Below, piece after piece: positions 38,986 through 49,152 of a stretch of 64,000 nucleotides of DNA. The notes beneath the pieces were generated by a model, which saw nothing but the letters and a program-made list of their open reading frames with translations, searched no databases and had not been told where the DNA came from. The position numbers and the translations under genes were made by a program. Source of the DNA: Nymphaea colorata (Eukaryota); assembly GCF_008831285.2 (NCBI RefSeq), contig NC_045138.2, forward strand, positions 8,432,001-8,496,000, in the 5' to 3' direction. Within the stretch, counting starts at the first letter, position 1; the number at the start of each line of letters is the position of its first letter.

Positions 38986-41900
38986 ATGGGATCCCGGTCG
39001 GACCGCCTAACTAGCTGCCGAATGCCGAACTCCCTTCCCAAGGATCTCTTGAGATAGACGCGGAATACAATTAATGGAGGCTTATACAACTCGATTTCCA
39101 CCGGACATGCAACCCTGGCTAAAATTTTTCCCCTAGGACGTGTAAACTGGATGGTTTCCCGAAATATCCCAAAGGCCAACTCCTAACTAGACGTAAGAGG
39201 GAAGAGGCTAGTACAACCGATGCGATACAAATAAGCACTCGCCTTACTCAATGCGCATCACATTCACAAGCCAAACCATACAAGCATGCCTAGTCGAGCA
39301 AACCACGCCCGTAACCCCTAGGTGGTCAAGCAGCCCGTAGGTGTGTCTTCGGCACTCGTGCCTCAGAGGACCTCGGTCGGCCGCAACGCCTTCAAAGGCG
39401 GGCTCAAACAAAGTACACCCGATTCCCCGCTCTATAGGGGGAGAGTAACACCAACCTTCCCGGATCTAGTCCGGGGTACGCCTTGACCAAAAAGGCCGGG
39501 TCAAGGTCTCAGCAATCAGCCCACTTTGTCACGTGGGTTGAGCCTCAAGCTCGCTGGAAGAAGAACGCACAAGACTCGGTTCAGTCCTCCTTGCACAGTC
39601 CGAACTTAGCAACGCCCTCCCGCATCAAGGAAGGCTCCTCTCGTGTGGCTCTGTTTCTGTATCTCCAGAACAGCATGCCTGAGAGGTTCTGTTCGGCCAC
39701 TCTCCAGCAGCAGCAGCATGGGGACTCCCTACTCAGGAACGCACAGCAGCAACCGGTACAAGCGTCGGCCGCTGCTCACGAGCTTCTCCTGTAGTGCCCG
39801 ATCCTGTTTTCTCTTGTCTCGGGTGACAGGGAACGAGGGTTTGAGAACAGCGATTTCACGGCTTCAACAGAGAGGTGTTCTCAGCAACTCCAGCCACTGC
39901 GACAGGGAACGGGTTCTCCCTTGCATCATACAGCAGCTACAGATGGAGGCGGGGAGAACGGACTGTGAAGCCCACTCAACTCGAGAAGGTTAGGATCTCG
40001 GCAGCAGAGTCCAGTCGATCAACAGAAACCCTCCGCTCTCTGTTTTCACTGAAACCTGCGCCCACTTGGTTCGAAGGCAGCTCTGGCGCTGGTTCTCCTC
40101 CACTGCAACAGCGAAGGGGGAAAAGGGCAGTCGGTAATCCTTGCTCAGAACGGAAGGGGAGTGCTCTGCGCAGCTGCTCACGCCTGAACACTGAAGCCCA
40201 GCGCTCGGTTCCTCCTGAAGGAGCTCTGCTTCACGACCCCAGCCGAACGCTCGTCTCCTCCTCACAACACAGCAGGAACTGATTACCAGCAGGAATATTC
40301 AAAGTTAAGGTAAGCACAAACTAAGAGGAGAGGAATGCACCGGATTAGGTGCTTGTCTCGAAGAGAAATCGATTCGGGAGAAGCTTGAGGGAAAACCCTC
40401 TGTCGTGGAGAAGCTCGGGCAGGGGTTTGCTCGTTTTGGACAGGAGGTTCGCCACGAAGACAGCTTCGGTTCACCAGGCTGCAGCTGGGTTCTGGTGAAG
40501 GGAAGCGAGCTCTAGCACGCCAGGGAGTGAAGGAATACGAGGAAGGGGAAGCCAGACGCCGTGGAGGATCAACTCGACGAAGGAGAGAACACCCGATCTC
40601 AGTTTTCACAGATTCTGGAACTCAGCGACCTGCCAGACCTCTGACACTTCGAAAAATTCTCAAAAATCGTAGGGAGCTCCAAAAATGCTGACATTTGGCT
40701 GAGAGGAAGCCAACATCTAGGGGAATAGATGCCCCAAAAATGGGGGCCAACGGAGTACTGCAAGTCCAAGTCGTTGAGCCCCTAAGTCCGCCGGAAAATC
40801 TGATGCGTTCAGGAGCAGAGTTTCGGTTTTCTCAGCAGAATCCGACCTTCCGAGCTTCAAATCGGACAAACCACGAGGAATCTCGCCATGAAACCGGTAT
40901 GGATGGAAAGATAATTGAAAAACGAAGAGATCTAGAGTTAGAACATCACCAGATTCACCGGGAATCCCAAGATATGGCCGGATCTTGGGTCGCAGCGGCG
41001 TCAGGCGGCGATACACAGAAATCGCCGCCGATTTCCACCAGATTCCGTCCGTGCTCTCTCACGCCGCCATCCACCGTCGGATCTTCGCGATTGGTGGGTT
41101 GATGCGCACGGATGTCAGGAAGAGAATGGCACCGGAATTGTGATGATCCGACGGTCGGATCTCCGGGAAAGTCGCCGGAAACAGGAAGAGGTCGGCGGCG
41201 GAGCTTGTCAGGAACCAGCCAGCGTTTTCTTGCTTTTCCGGCGTCGATTCTCCATCAAATCGAACGATTCAAAAGGGAAAGTTGTAGTAGACTTCCCGAG
41301 GAATGCAGTGGGGGCAAAAGCCCCAAAAGATGTCGCCGATTTGGAGTCCGATCAAAGAGAAATAGACGTCTGCTTGCTGAGGCCTGCACGCCTTCTATTA
41401 TGTCCGAAGCTTCTCCTTATGGCAGAAATCTGTCGTTGAGGAAAACCAGAAGCTAGAACGGTCATCTAGACGCGTTCTCCTTGGCTCCTCCTTCCCAGAA
41501 GCCGAGCCCACCCTCTCGGTCGGTCGTGTTCACCCAAACGGCAGTGGGGTAGCAGTCGTGTGAGTTGGGGAAGACGACGAAGGAAGAAGAGCCTGCCGGC
41601 TCTTCAAACCTGTAAGCTCCCGGTCGAGAGGCACCAGGGGAGGTTTTGGGAAGGGGAGGGTCACCGCCGTGACCTCCTGTGGCAGAAATGGAGCTTCACG
41701 AAGCCCTTGGGGAAGAAGATGTTGCAGACGAGTGAAGAGGAAGAAGAAGAAGGAGGCGGCGTCTCACGACGCTTCTTCATTCATAACTTTGGTAAAAACA
41801 TATTCAAAACCTTACCCTAATGCATTGTAGCTCTATTACTTATACTGTAGCGCGTACCGGGACGGTTTAAGTCTCGTCCCGGGTCGGCGCAAGAACCGAG

Positions 41901-42653
41901 TCGATACACCAACGTATCGAGCTAAACACCTAGAACTAGGAACCAGTTTCAGAAAACCGATTCGTTACAAAAATCGAGCCGTCTCGGTCCATCTCAGTCA
42001 CTGAACCGGTTCGCTCTGAAGGGTGGATCCTGATCCACGGATCTGCTATGTCGCTTCTGCTCCAGGACCTGCTCCGAATCTGACTGAATCTGGATCAACT
42101 GTTCAGGTCTGGATCTCCTGTATCAAATCCATGGTCAAACCTGGTCCGCTGCGCACCTCTAGTCAAACCTGGTTGGGCTCTGGTCAACGGACCGCTGGGC
42201 TCGGTCAAACGGGACGAACTGGACTCGGTGGTGCTGAGCTGTGCTCGGAGGATAACCTCCCTAGCCTTTCTGAAGGCATCTGGAAGACGAACCATAACCT
42301 CACAATCATTTTCGGCAGGGTCTGAGCACAGGCGTCGGCAGAAAATAACCTCCCTGTGATTTCCGACAGGGGCTCGGCAGGGGCTTCGGCGATGGCTATC
42401 CGGCTGCGCTGGGCGGGTCTCGGCAGTCTCCCTGTGCACGGCAGCGTCCTGCGCGGCAATGCCCTGCGCGGCAGCGCCTGGCGCGGCAACGCTCGGCCGG
42501 CCCGGCAGCGACGTCTGCTCTGCTCGGCCGACGCTGGCATGCGTCTGTCCGGCCTGTGCTGCGGCAGCTGGCTCGGCCTCGTCCGTCTGCACCTCCTGGG
42601 CAATCTGGCGGTCGCCCTGGCTGCGGCCAGCACCCTGGTCCTCGGCAGCTCGC

Positions 42654-42831
42654 TCGGCCACGTGCGGCAGCCTGTCCTGGTCCACCTGGTGGTCGTCCTG
42701 GCCACGGCTAACCCTCTCGTCCACGGCAGCTGGGTCGGCCACGTGCGGCAGCCTGTCCTAGTCCACCTGGTGGTCGTCCTGGCCGCGGCTAACCCTCTCG
42801 TCCACGGCAGCTGGGTCGGCCACGTCCGGCA
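42654..42831. repeat. 81-bp tandem repeat (about 2.2 copies, frame-preserving)
   Basis: TCGGCCACGT recurs at 42654, 42735 and 42816; peptide VADPAAVDERVSRGQDDHQVD occurs twice. Confidence 0.9.
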
Positions 42832-43181
42832 GTGCCAGCTGCTCCTCCTGGCAGTCGTCCTCTACTCGGCCAGCATGTCCGTCGTCCGCGGCTGGCTTGG
42901 CCATGCTCGGTGGCTGCGGGGCGGCCTCGGCCAGCAGTGGCTGGCCTGGTAGGGCCGTGTGGTGTGCTGCGGCGCTGGGTGGGGCGTCTCCTGTGCTATG
43001 ACCTGCATCCACAAAGGTTAGTACAGCCCCTAAACCTCCTACGTCGTATGGCCTCGTCACACCCTCACTAAGCCTCTCGGGCTCTCCTGGCGACAAAGGG
43101 ATCGCACAGTCGAGCATTGCGTTCCGGGTCGTGGGTAGTAAGTGGTATTCGGCAGCGAGTGAGGCTAATCCCGGCCTAGTC

Positions 43182-45140
43182 CTAGGCAGACCTAGTACCA
43201 CCCTGCTGAGACAGAGCTTGTCCCCAAGCTCTCGTACCCTGAAGGTCCTGTACTACCCTCTTGAAGAGTTTCCATGCAAAACCGGCCCAGGTGCTCTCAC
43301 TATGAGTTTTTCCTCTGTCATAAGCCTGACCCGCGAGCCTCGTGGCTCTAGTACACTGATCGCCCATACACATTACCATCTTGGGTTCGGGAGTACGGGC
43401 GTGTAAGTAGAGAAGCACTTGACGTAAGCACGGTCTATAATCCCTGGGGAGTTTGTCTAGTTGGGACTCTCCCCTCACACAAAGTTTCTTGGAATAGTTT
43501 GATGTCATCGTTTCTTGCTCTTTCCCACGATCGAAAATCAGCCCCATGTGTGCGTGTAACCGGGCTAAGGGCTGACCCTTGAAAGCGGCCAAAGGAGATC
43601 TAAGGTCGGTGGCATCCGCCTTTGTCCTCATACTTCCCTTGCCCTTATTCGTAGGTTCTGTACCTCTGATTGTTAGGGCGGAAGTATCACCGTGGGTAGG
43701 CTCCAAAAATTTCTGCCAAGGGTTTGTCCAAGACATGCCAATCATTGTGGTTTCCGTCCATTCTTCAGTTATCGTTAGCCTTGGTCTTTCCCTTGTTGCT
43801 ATACCGTCCATTGGATGTCCAGAAATGACTACCACTGCGTTTTGCTCTGACCCTCCACGTGTGAAATTAGTTGGAAACCTCGTGGGGGTATCGCCACTCT
43901 TCTTTGGTGGCCACTCTGCAGTGGGAATTCCCCACTGAATCGGCCTCATCCTCGGGGTCCACTGTTGCTCCCAAACGACCGTTGGTAGTCGTAGGAGCTC
44001 CATACTATCAACCCGAGCTGTCCAACTCTTGTTAAGACCACCCTGACCAGCTTTTGTAATAGCCAAGCACAAGAAAAGTTCTGGTTTAAGAACCGGTTTC
44101 AACTCCATAGTTGGGTCTTCAATCCAGATTTGATGTTGGCCAACATTGGTTCCTAATGCAAGTTGATTCTCCATCGTACCACATGTCATTTCCTTGCATT
44201 TGGTCGTTATGGTCTGCCCCTCAGAAATTTCAGCTGGTTGGACCATGATAGGCTGCTCATCGCTCAACACCATCTCAACCCTTTCAGCTTTTTTAATTTC
44301 AGAAATCTCATGGTGTTCGAGTCCCATGTTGCTTGGGCTATATGCAGCCAAACTCTCGGTTTGCTGAACGAAGTCATCCCCTTGGAACATCAATCGAAGT
44401 TCACCCCTTTCAAGGTTATAGGTTGACGAATTTTCAGATTGTTGAACATAGTTATCCCCATGGAATAACCGACCAAGTTCGCCCCCTTTAAGGTTATAAG
44501 CCTCCACTTTTCTCGCCTGTTGGAAGGAGTTATCTTCTTGGAACAACCACTGAAGTTCACCCCCCTCTAGCTGGAAGTGGCTATCTTCTTGGAAGAGCAT
44601 TTGGAGTTCTCCCCTTTTTAGATTGCAAGCGACCAACTTCCTAGCTCGCCGAAAGTAGCTTTCTTCTTGGAAGAGTATTCGAAGTTCATTCCCTTCAAGT
44701 TTATAAATAGGCGGATTTTTTCTTTGTCTTGGGGGAATGTTGTTCCCCTTATAGCAATTGTGAGTGAGTTTGTTGTGTTTTTCCCTCAAGGAAACTTGTT
44801 GACCCTCACTTCTCTTTGCTGCCATAGGCTTCTCGTTGCAATGCTTGGACAATGGCATAGTTTCTTGCTGTTTGGCTGATTCTCTTAATTGGGCGAGCTT
44901 GTCCCTCATGTATTCCTCAAAGCTACGTAGTTTAAATTCAAGTGGCGGTGCACTCTCTAGCTGATTTATGTTTTGGACGCGGGGTGTGAGTTCTTGCCTT
45001 GAGATTTGGCGATGGCCAGATTCAATCTTTCCATGGTACCGGTCAAGAGTTGAATGCCGGTAAGGCCCCTTTTGTCTTTGGGGAAATGACCCGAATGGTT
45101 GGTTGGTCCAAATCTTGGGATCTCGAAAGGTTGGCTCCAC
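43182..45140 (-). CDS. 652-aa ORF of unknown function inside element E, with internal ~26-aa repeats
   Basis: Longest open frame in the window; repeat YxLxxGELxxLFQEDxxFQQ; ends AWGQALSQQGG, like the integrase tail AWGQAPSKEGG. The ORF-track start is GTG; probably the continuation of the upstream ORF. Confidence 0.6.
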   Translation of the reverse strand: MEPTFRDPKIWTNQPFGSFPQRQKGPYRHSTLDRYHGKIESGHRQISRQELTPRVQNINQLESAPPLEFKLRSFEEYMRDKLAQLRESAKQQETMPLSKHCNEKPMAAKRSEGQQVSLREKHNKLTHNCYKGNNIPPRQRKNPPIYKLEGNELRILFQEESYFRRARKLVACNLKRGELQMLFQEDSHFQLEGGELQWLFQEDNSFQQARKVEAYNLKGGELGRLFHGDNYVQQSENSSTYNLERGELRLMFQGDDFVQQTESLAAYSPSNMGLEHHEISEIKKAERVEMVLSDEQPIMVQPAEISEGQTITTKCKEMTCGTMENQLALGTNVGQHQIWIEDPTMELKPVLKPELFLCLAITKAGQGGLNKSWTARVDSMELLRLPTVVWEQQWTPRMRPIQWGIPTAEWPPKKSGDTPTRFPTNFTRGGSEQNAVVVISGHPMDGIATRERPRLTITEEWTETTMIGMSWTNPWQKFLEPTHGDTSALTIRGTEPTNKGKGSMRTKADATDLRSPLAAFKGQPLARLHAHMGLIFDRGKEQETMTSNYSKKLCVRGESQLDKLPRDYRPCLRQVLLYLHARTPEPKMVMCMGDQCTRATRLAGQAYDRGKTHSESTWAGFAWKLFKRVVQDLQGTRAWGQALSQQGGTRSA

Positions 45141-45177
45141 GTGGTTTTGGGTAGCTTGGTACGACGTGTTGGGAGTC

Positions 45178-45570
45178 TCAAAGCACCCGTTTGCCTTTTT
45201 CCTCTCGACTCACTTCTTGACGTGTAGACCTTTCCATTTTGCTCATTCTTTGGTTGAGCGAATCGATACTTTCGGACATGGGTCCGATCTTGGCGGTTTG
45301 GCCAGCCAACATGCTTAAGTTCCGATTGACTTGCGTCATTTGGTCACGCATGTAGTCCTCAAAGCCCGTGTGTTGCGCTTCCATTTGGGGAATGCGCTCA
45401 AGTTGGACGAGCTTGTCCTTAACGACGTTTAAATCGGACTCAAGGCGCGAGAATCGTTCTTTGTTTGGGACACTCTTGTTGCCCATCGCTTGCGCCAACT
45501 CGATTGCAGTGTCTTCGCTTCCCATCTCCGTTTCGCGTAGCGCGGACAAAGGGTACTTCTTCTTGGCCAT
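45178..45570 (-). CDS. Gag-N-terminus-like coiled-coil ORF of element E (130 aa)
   Basis: ATG about 23 nt after the PBS; MAKKK..RFSRLESDL..FEDYMR parallels the element A Gag start MAKSKK..RLGNLETEF. Confidence 0.6.
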   Translation of the reverse strand: MAKKKYPLSALRETEMGSEDTAIELAQAMGNKSVPNKERFSRLESDLNVVKDKLVQLERIPQMEAQHTGFEDYMRDQMTQVNRNLSMLAGQTAKIGPMSESIDSLNQRMSKMERSTRQEVSREEKGKRVL

Positions 45571-45592
45571 GACGGCTCAGTCTGCCCCAAGT

Positions 45593-45605
45593 GGCTCTGA
45601 TACCA
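45593..45605 (-). promoter_or_regulatory. Primer-binding site (tRNA-iMet), element E
   Basis: Minus strand TGGTATCAGAGCC, 3 nt from the LTR end at 45609. Confidence 0.93.
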
Positions 45606-46893
45606 ATCTGATGGGATCCCGGGTCGGACCGCCTAACTAGCTGCCGAATGCCGAACTCCCTTCCCAAGGATCTCTTGAGATAGACGCGGAATACAATTAA
45701 TGGAGGCTTATACAACTCGATTCCCACCGGACATGCAACCCCGGCTAAAAATTTTCCCCTAGGACATGTAAACTGGATGGGTTCCCGAAATATCCCAAAG
45801 GCCAACTCCTAACTAGACGTAAGAGGGAAGAGGCTAGTACAACCGATGCGATACAAATAAGCACTCACCTCACTCAATGCGCATCACATTCACAAGCCAA
45901 ACCATACAAGCATGCCTAGTCGAGCAAACCACGCCCGTAACCCCTAGGTGGTCAAGCAGCCCGTAGGTGTGTCTTCGGCACTCGTGCCTAAGAGGACCTC
46001 GGTCGGCCGCAACGCCTTCAAAGGTGGGCTTAAACAAAGTACGCCCGATTCCCCGCTCTACAGGGGGAAAGTAACACCAACCTTCCCGGAGCTAGTTCGG
46101 GGGACGCCTTGACCAAAAAGACCGGGTCAAGGCACTCAGCAATCAGCCCACTTTGTCACGTGGGTTGAGCCTCAAGCTCGCTGAAAGAGGAAAGACACGT
46201 TCGGTTCAGGCCCCTTTGCACGGTCCGGTCTCAGCACACCCGACCGCATCAAGAAATACATCACCCGAGCAGCTTTGTTTCTGTAACTTGTCAGCAAGGA
46301 GAGTTCTGTTCGGCCCTCTCCAGCAGCAGCAGCAGGGGACGTCCCTGATTCAGGAGCGCACAGCAGCAACCGGTAAGGCGTCGATGACTGACAGCTGCTT
46401 CGGTTCAGAGCTTCGGGATAGGGAGTAGAGGATCGCCTCGCGCGGAAGAGAGGATCCCAGCGCTGTTCGTCGAGTCGTCCCCTGTTCTCTGAGCAGAAAG
46501 CAGCGTCGGTTTGGTTCGAAGGAAGCTCTGTCGTCGTTCTCCTCCCCAGTCAAAACCAGCAGCTCGGGGTGGCAGAGAGGGAGCCTGCTCAGATCTGGCA
46601 GCTCTGCAGCAACCACAGAGAACAGCGAGGGAAGGGGTCTGTCGCAGCGCACATGCAAACTCAGGAATGCCCGACTCTGAGAGGAGGTGGGTCTTGCAAA
46701 ATTCTGCCTAGAGCCGTAGGAACCGAGGAGATCTTCGGTGCTTACTGTGCTCTCTAGTGCAGGCGGATGTCGTCGCCGTCAAGAGAAAATCTGCCACGGG
46801 CAAACTTTCCTTGTGCAGCCTTCCCGAGAACTTCAACCGGCCACTAATCTTCCTTTGGGGTCAAGGGAGATTGCACTGTGATGAAGGTAACGT

Positions 46894-47095
46894 GAGGCCG
46901 CTGGTTTTCTTGGAGACTTCCGGTCACTGCCCGTGAGGGGGCGAGAGGAAGAAGAGGAGAGAGACGAGAGTCACACAACTTCAAAGAAGAGAGAAGAGAG
47001 CAAGGAGGCCGCTGGTTTTCTTGGAGACTTCCGGTCACAGCCGGTGAGGGGGCGAGAGGAAGAAGAGGAGGGAGACGAGAGTCACACAACTTCAA
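46894..47095. repeat. 111-bp-period tandem duplication in an LTR
   Basis: GAGGCCGCTGGTTTTCTTGGAGACTTCCGGTCAC... at 46894 and 47005. Confidence 0.9.
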
Positions 47096-48329
47096 CTTTT
47101 GTTCATCATAAGCCTATCCAATACTTCTTTACAATGTTTATATAGTTTTTCATAGTCTCAGCTCTCTGGAGTGCTTACTGAGATGCCACACTTGAAGCAA
47201 AAGCAAATCAACAAAAGCAAAGTGAGACGAAACGTCTCAAAGTTCATGAATGACTTGAGCCTTGTGAGCTCCTAGGGACTTGTCTGGGTGCTGCCCAGAC
47301 TCGGTTTAATGAGAGTCGCTTGGCCTCACCCATGTAGGTTCAGCCCTTAACTGGCCTAGGTTTGGTCCTAGGCTGCCATGTTTGACCTGGGTTTGGACTC
47401 GACATTGGGTTCAATCTTACCTCTGTCGGATCTAGGTCCTGTCCCTGTGATGTGTCTGCCTTCAAGTTCTTCTACTAGCTGCTCACACTTGGCTGTTGAT
47501 GCTTCGCCCACTACATCTACTCCAAGTCCTTTGCTAACCTCCCTAGGCCTGTCAATGTCTTCTACAATGCCTGCCGCAAGTCTGGCCGATGCTGATCGGC
47601 CAGCTCGGCCACTATGGTCGCTGCCCTCGGCTGCCTCCTAGGAAGCTCTGTATCACAGGCTGTGGGAGTAGTAATGGCCCAGAGGAGAGCAGATTGACTT
47701 GTGACCCATAACTGCAGAAAAAGGCAAGTACTCATGCTAACCATCCTTCTCTCAATGGGAAAGGAAATAAAGGGCAAGCAAAGGATGCTTCTCACGCTGC
47801 TAAAGGTACACCCCTTCAATCCCCTAATCTCTTTTTGCCTATGGTTAACTGCATGGATCTCGACTCTCTTGACCCCTTGATAGGATTTGGGTTTATAGCT
47901 AGCACCAAGGGGCAGGGAAGTGATTGTGTAGCACCAAAGGGCAAGGGGCCTGGCAAGCCTCCAAACAATCGTAGCCTGGGCAGAAAGGGGTTGGGTGAAG
48001 GATAGGAAATAGAAGCGGGGAGGAACAAATAGTTTCCTTAACAGAGAAAAACAGCGAGCAAGAGGAAGAAGAGGGATGGACAAAGGTGGGGAAGAAACAC
48101 AGGAAGAGCCATATACCCATCACTGTCACTGTCCATGAAGCAAATCTGAATAAAGAGAATGTTGAGCTGACTGAGCTAGTTTCAAAGCTAGAAACCAAGG
48201 AGGGGGGACCATAGGTGACTGGCTGCGAACGAATATCGTAGCCTAGAATAGGAGGGGGGCTATAAGGCCTGCATCTCAAAGAGACCTCATCAATCTCGAT
48301 GAAGAAGAGAGGTCTGCTTGTAGCTTTCT

Positions 48330-49152
48330 GTTGGATTCTGAAGCCAAAAAGCTTGTCGAAAGCTGACCAGCACTAAAAGTAAGCTCAGAGAATGGAACAG
48401 AAGCAAGTTTGGTATGATTAATGACAAAGTTTGTAACTTGTACCATCAACTAGCGGAGGTTCAGAAAGCTACAAAACAGGAGTCATTTGCAATTATGGAG
48501 GAGGAAGCTAGAATCTCGTTTAAACTGGAGTCTGCCCTGTACATGGAAAAATTGCTGTGGAAGGACAAATCGAAAGTTAAATGGCTTCGCAAAGGAGACA
48601 AGAACACAAAGTTCTTCTAGGCTGTGGCCAAGGGTAGGAGAAATAGTTATTTCATAGCGATGCTTCACATCAAGGACCACACCTTTGATCGGCAAGAGGA
48701 CATTTTGCTGGAAGCCTCCAAGTACTTTGAGGATTTCCTAGGTTATGACAATGCTACGGGCCAGCTACCGAGATGCATTGCAGGAGGGCCTAAGGTGACA
48801 GGTCTGGATAATGCAGACCTCTTGAAACCTATTCTTGAAGAAGAAGTAACAAAGGTGGTGTATTCCCTTAACAGGGATAGCGCAGTTTGCCCTGACGAGC
48901 TCCCGAATTGTTTTTTTTTAAGACGTGTGATATTATTGGGGATGATGTTAGTAGAGCCATCACAACATTCTTCTCTTGTGGCAAGCTGGTGGGAAGCATG
49001 AATCGCACCAATATTATGCTCATCCCTAAATTTGTAGGGGCGACTGACATTCAACGCCATAAACCAATAGCTATATGTAATACCATGTCAAAAATCATAA
49101 CCAAGTTGATGGTGCACAGAATGCAAAACATTCTTATGAGGATTGTGGAAGA
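48330..49152 (+). pseudogene. L1 LINE ORF2 remnant (linker and RT N-terminus)
   Basis: WKDKSKVKWLRKGDKNTKFF; EEEVTKVVYSLNRDSA; NRTNIMLIPK...KPIAICNTMSKIITK; stops and frameshifts. Confidence 0.88.

Larger units (their letters stand above)
38986..47655 (-). mobile_element. Non-autonomous LTR element, family E (3' LTR about 38986-43195; internal region about 2.4 kb; chimeric 5' LTR 45609-47655)
   Basis: 38986-39555 is nearly identical to 45611-46182; PBS at 45593-45605; the internal 3' end aligns with the PPT region of D (GCTTGGGGACAAGCTC..); no RT, RH or IN core; right end GCTCTGTATCA; no TSD found. Confidence 0.75.

Noticed and set aside
42356..42952. Hydrophobic 198-aa plus-strand ORF as an env-like membrane protein
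   Set aside because: Shadow of a very GC-rich repetitive minus-strand frame; no independent support.
45175..45185. CTT TGA as a programmed +1 frameshift site (prfB-like)
   Set aside because: A single-T insertion in a decaying copy is simpler; conservation across copies would be needed.
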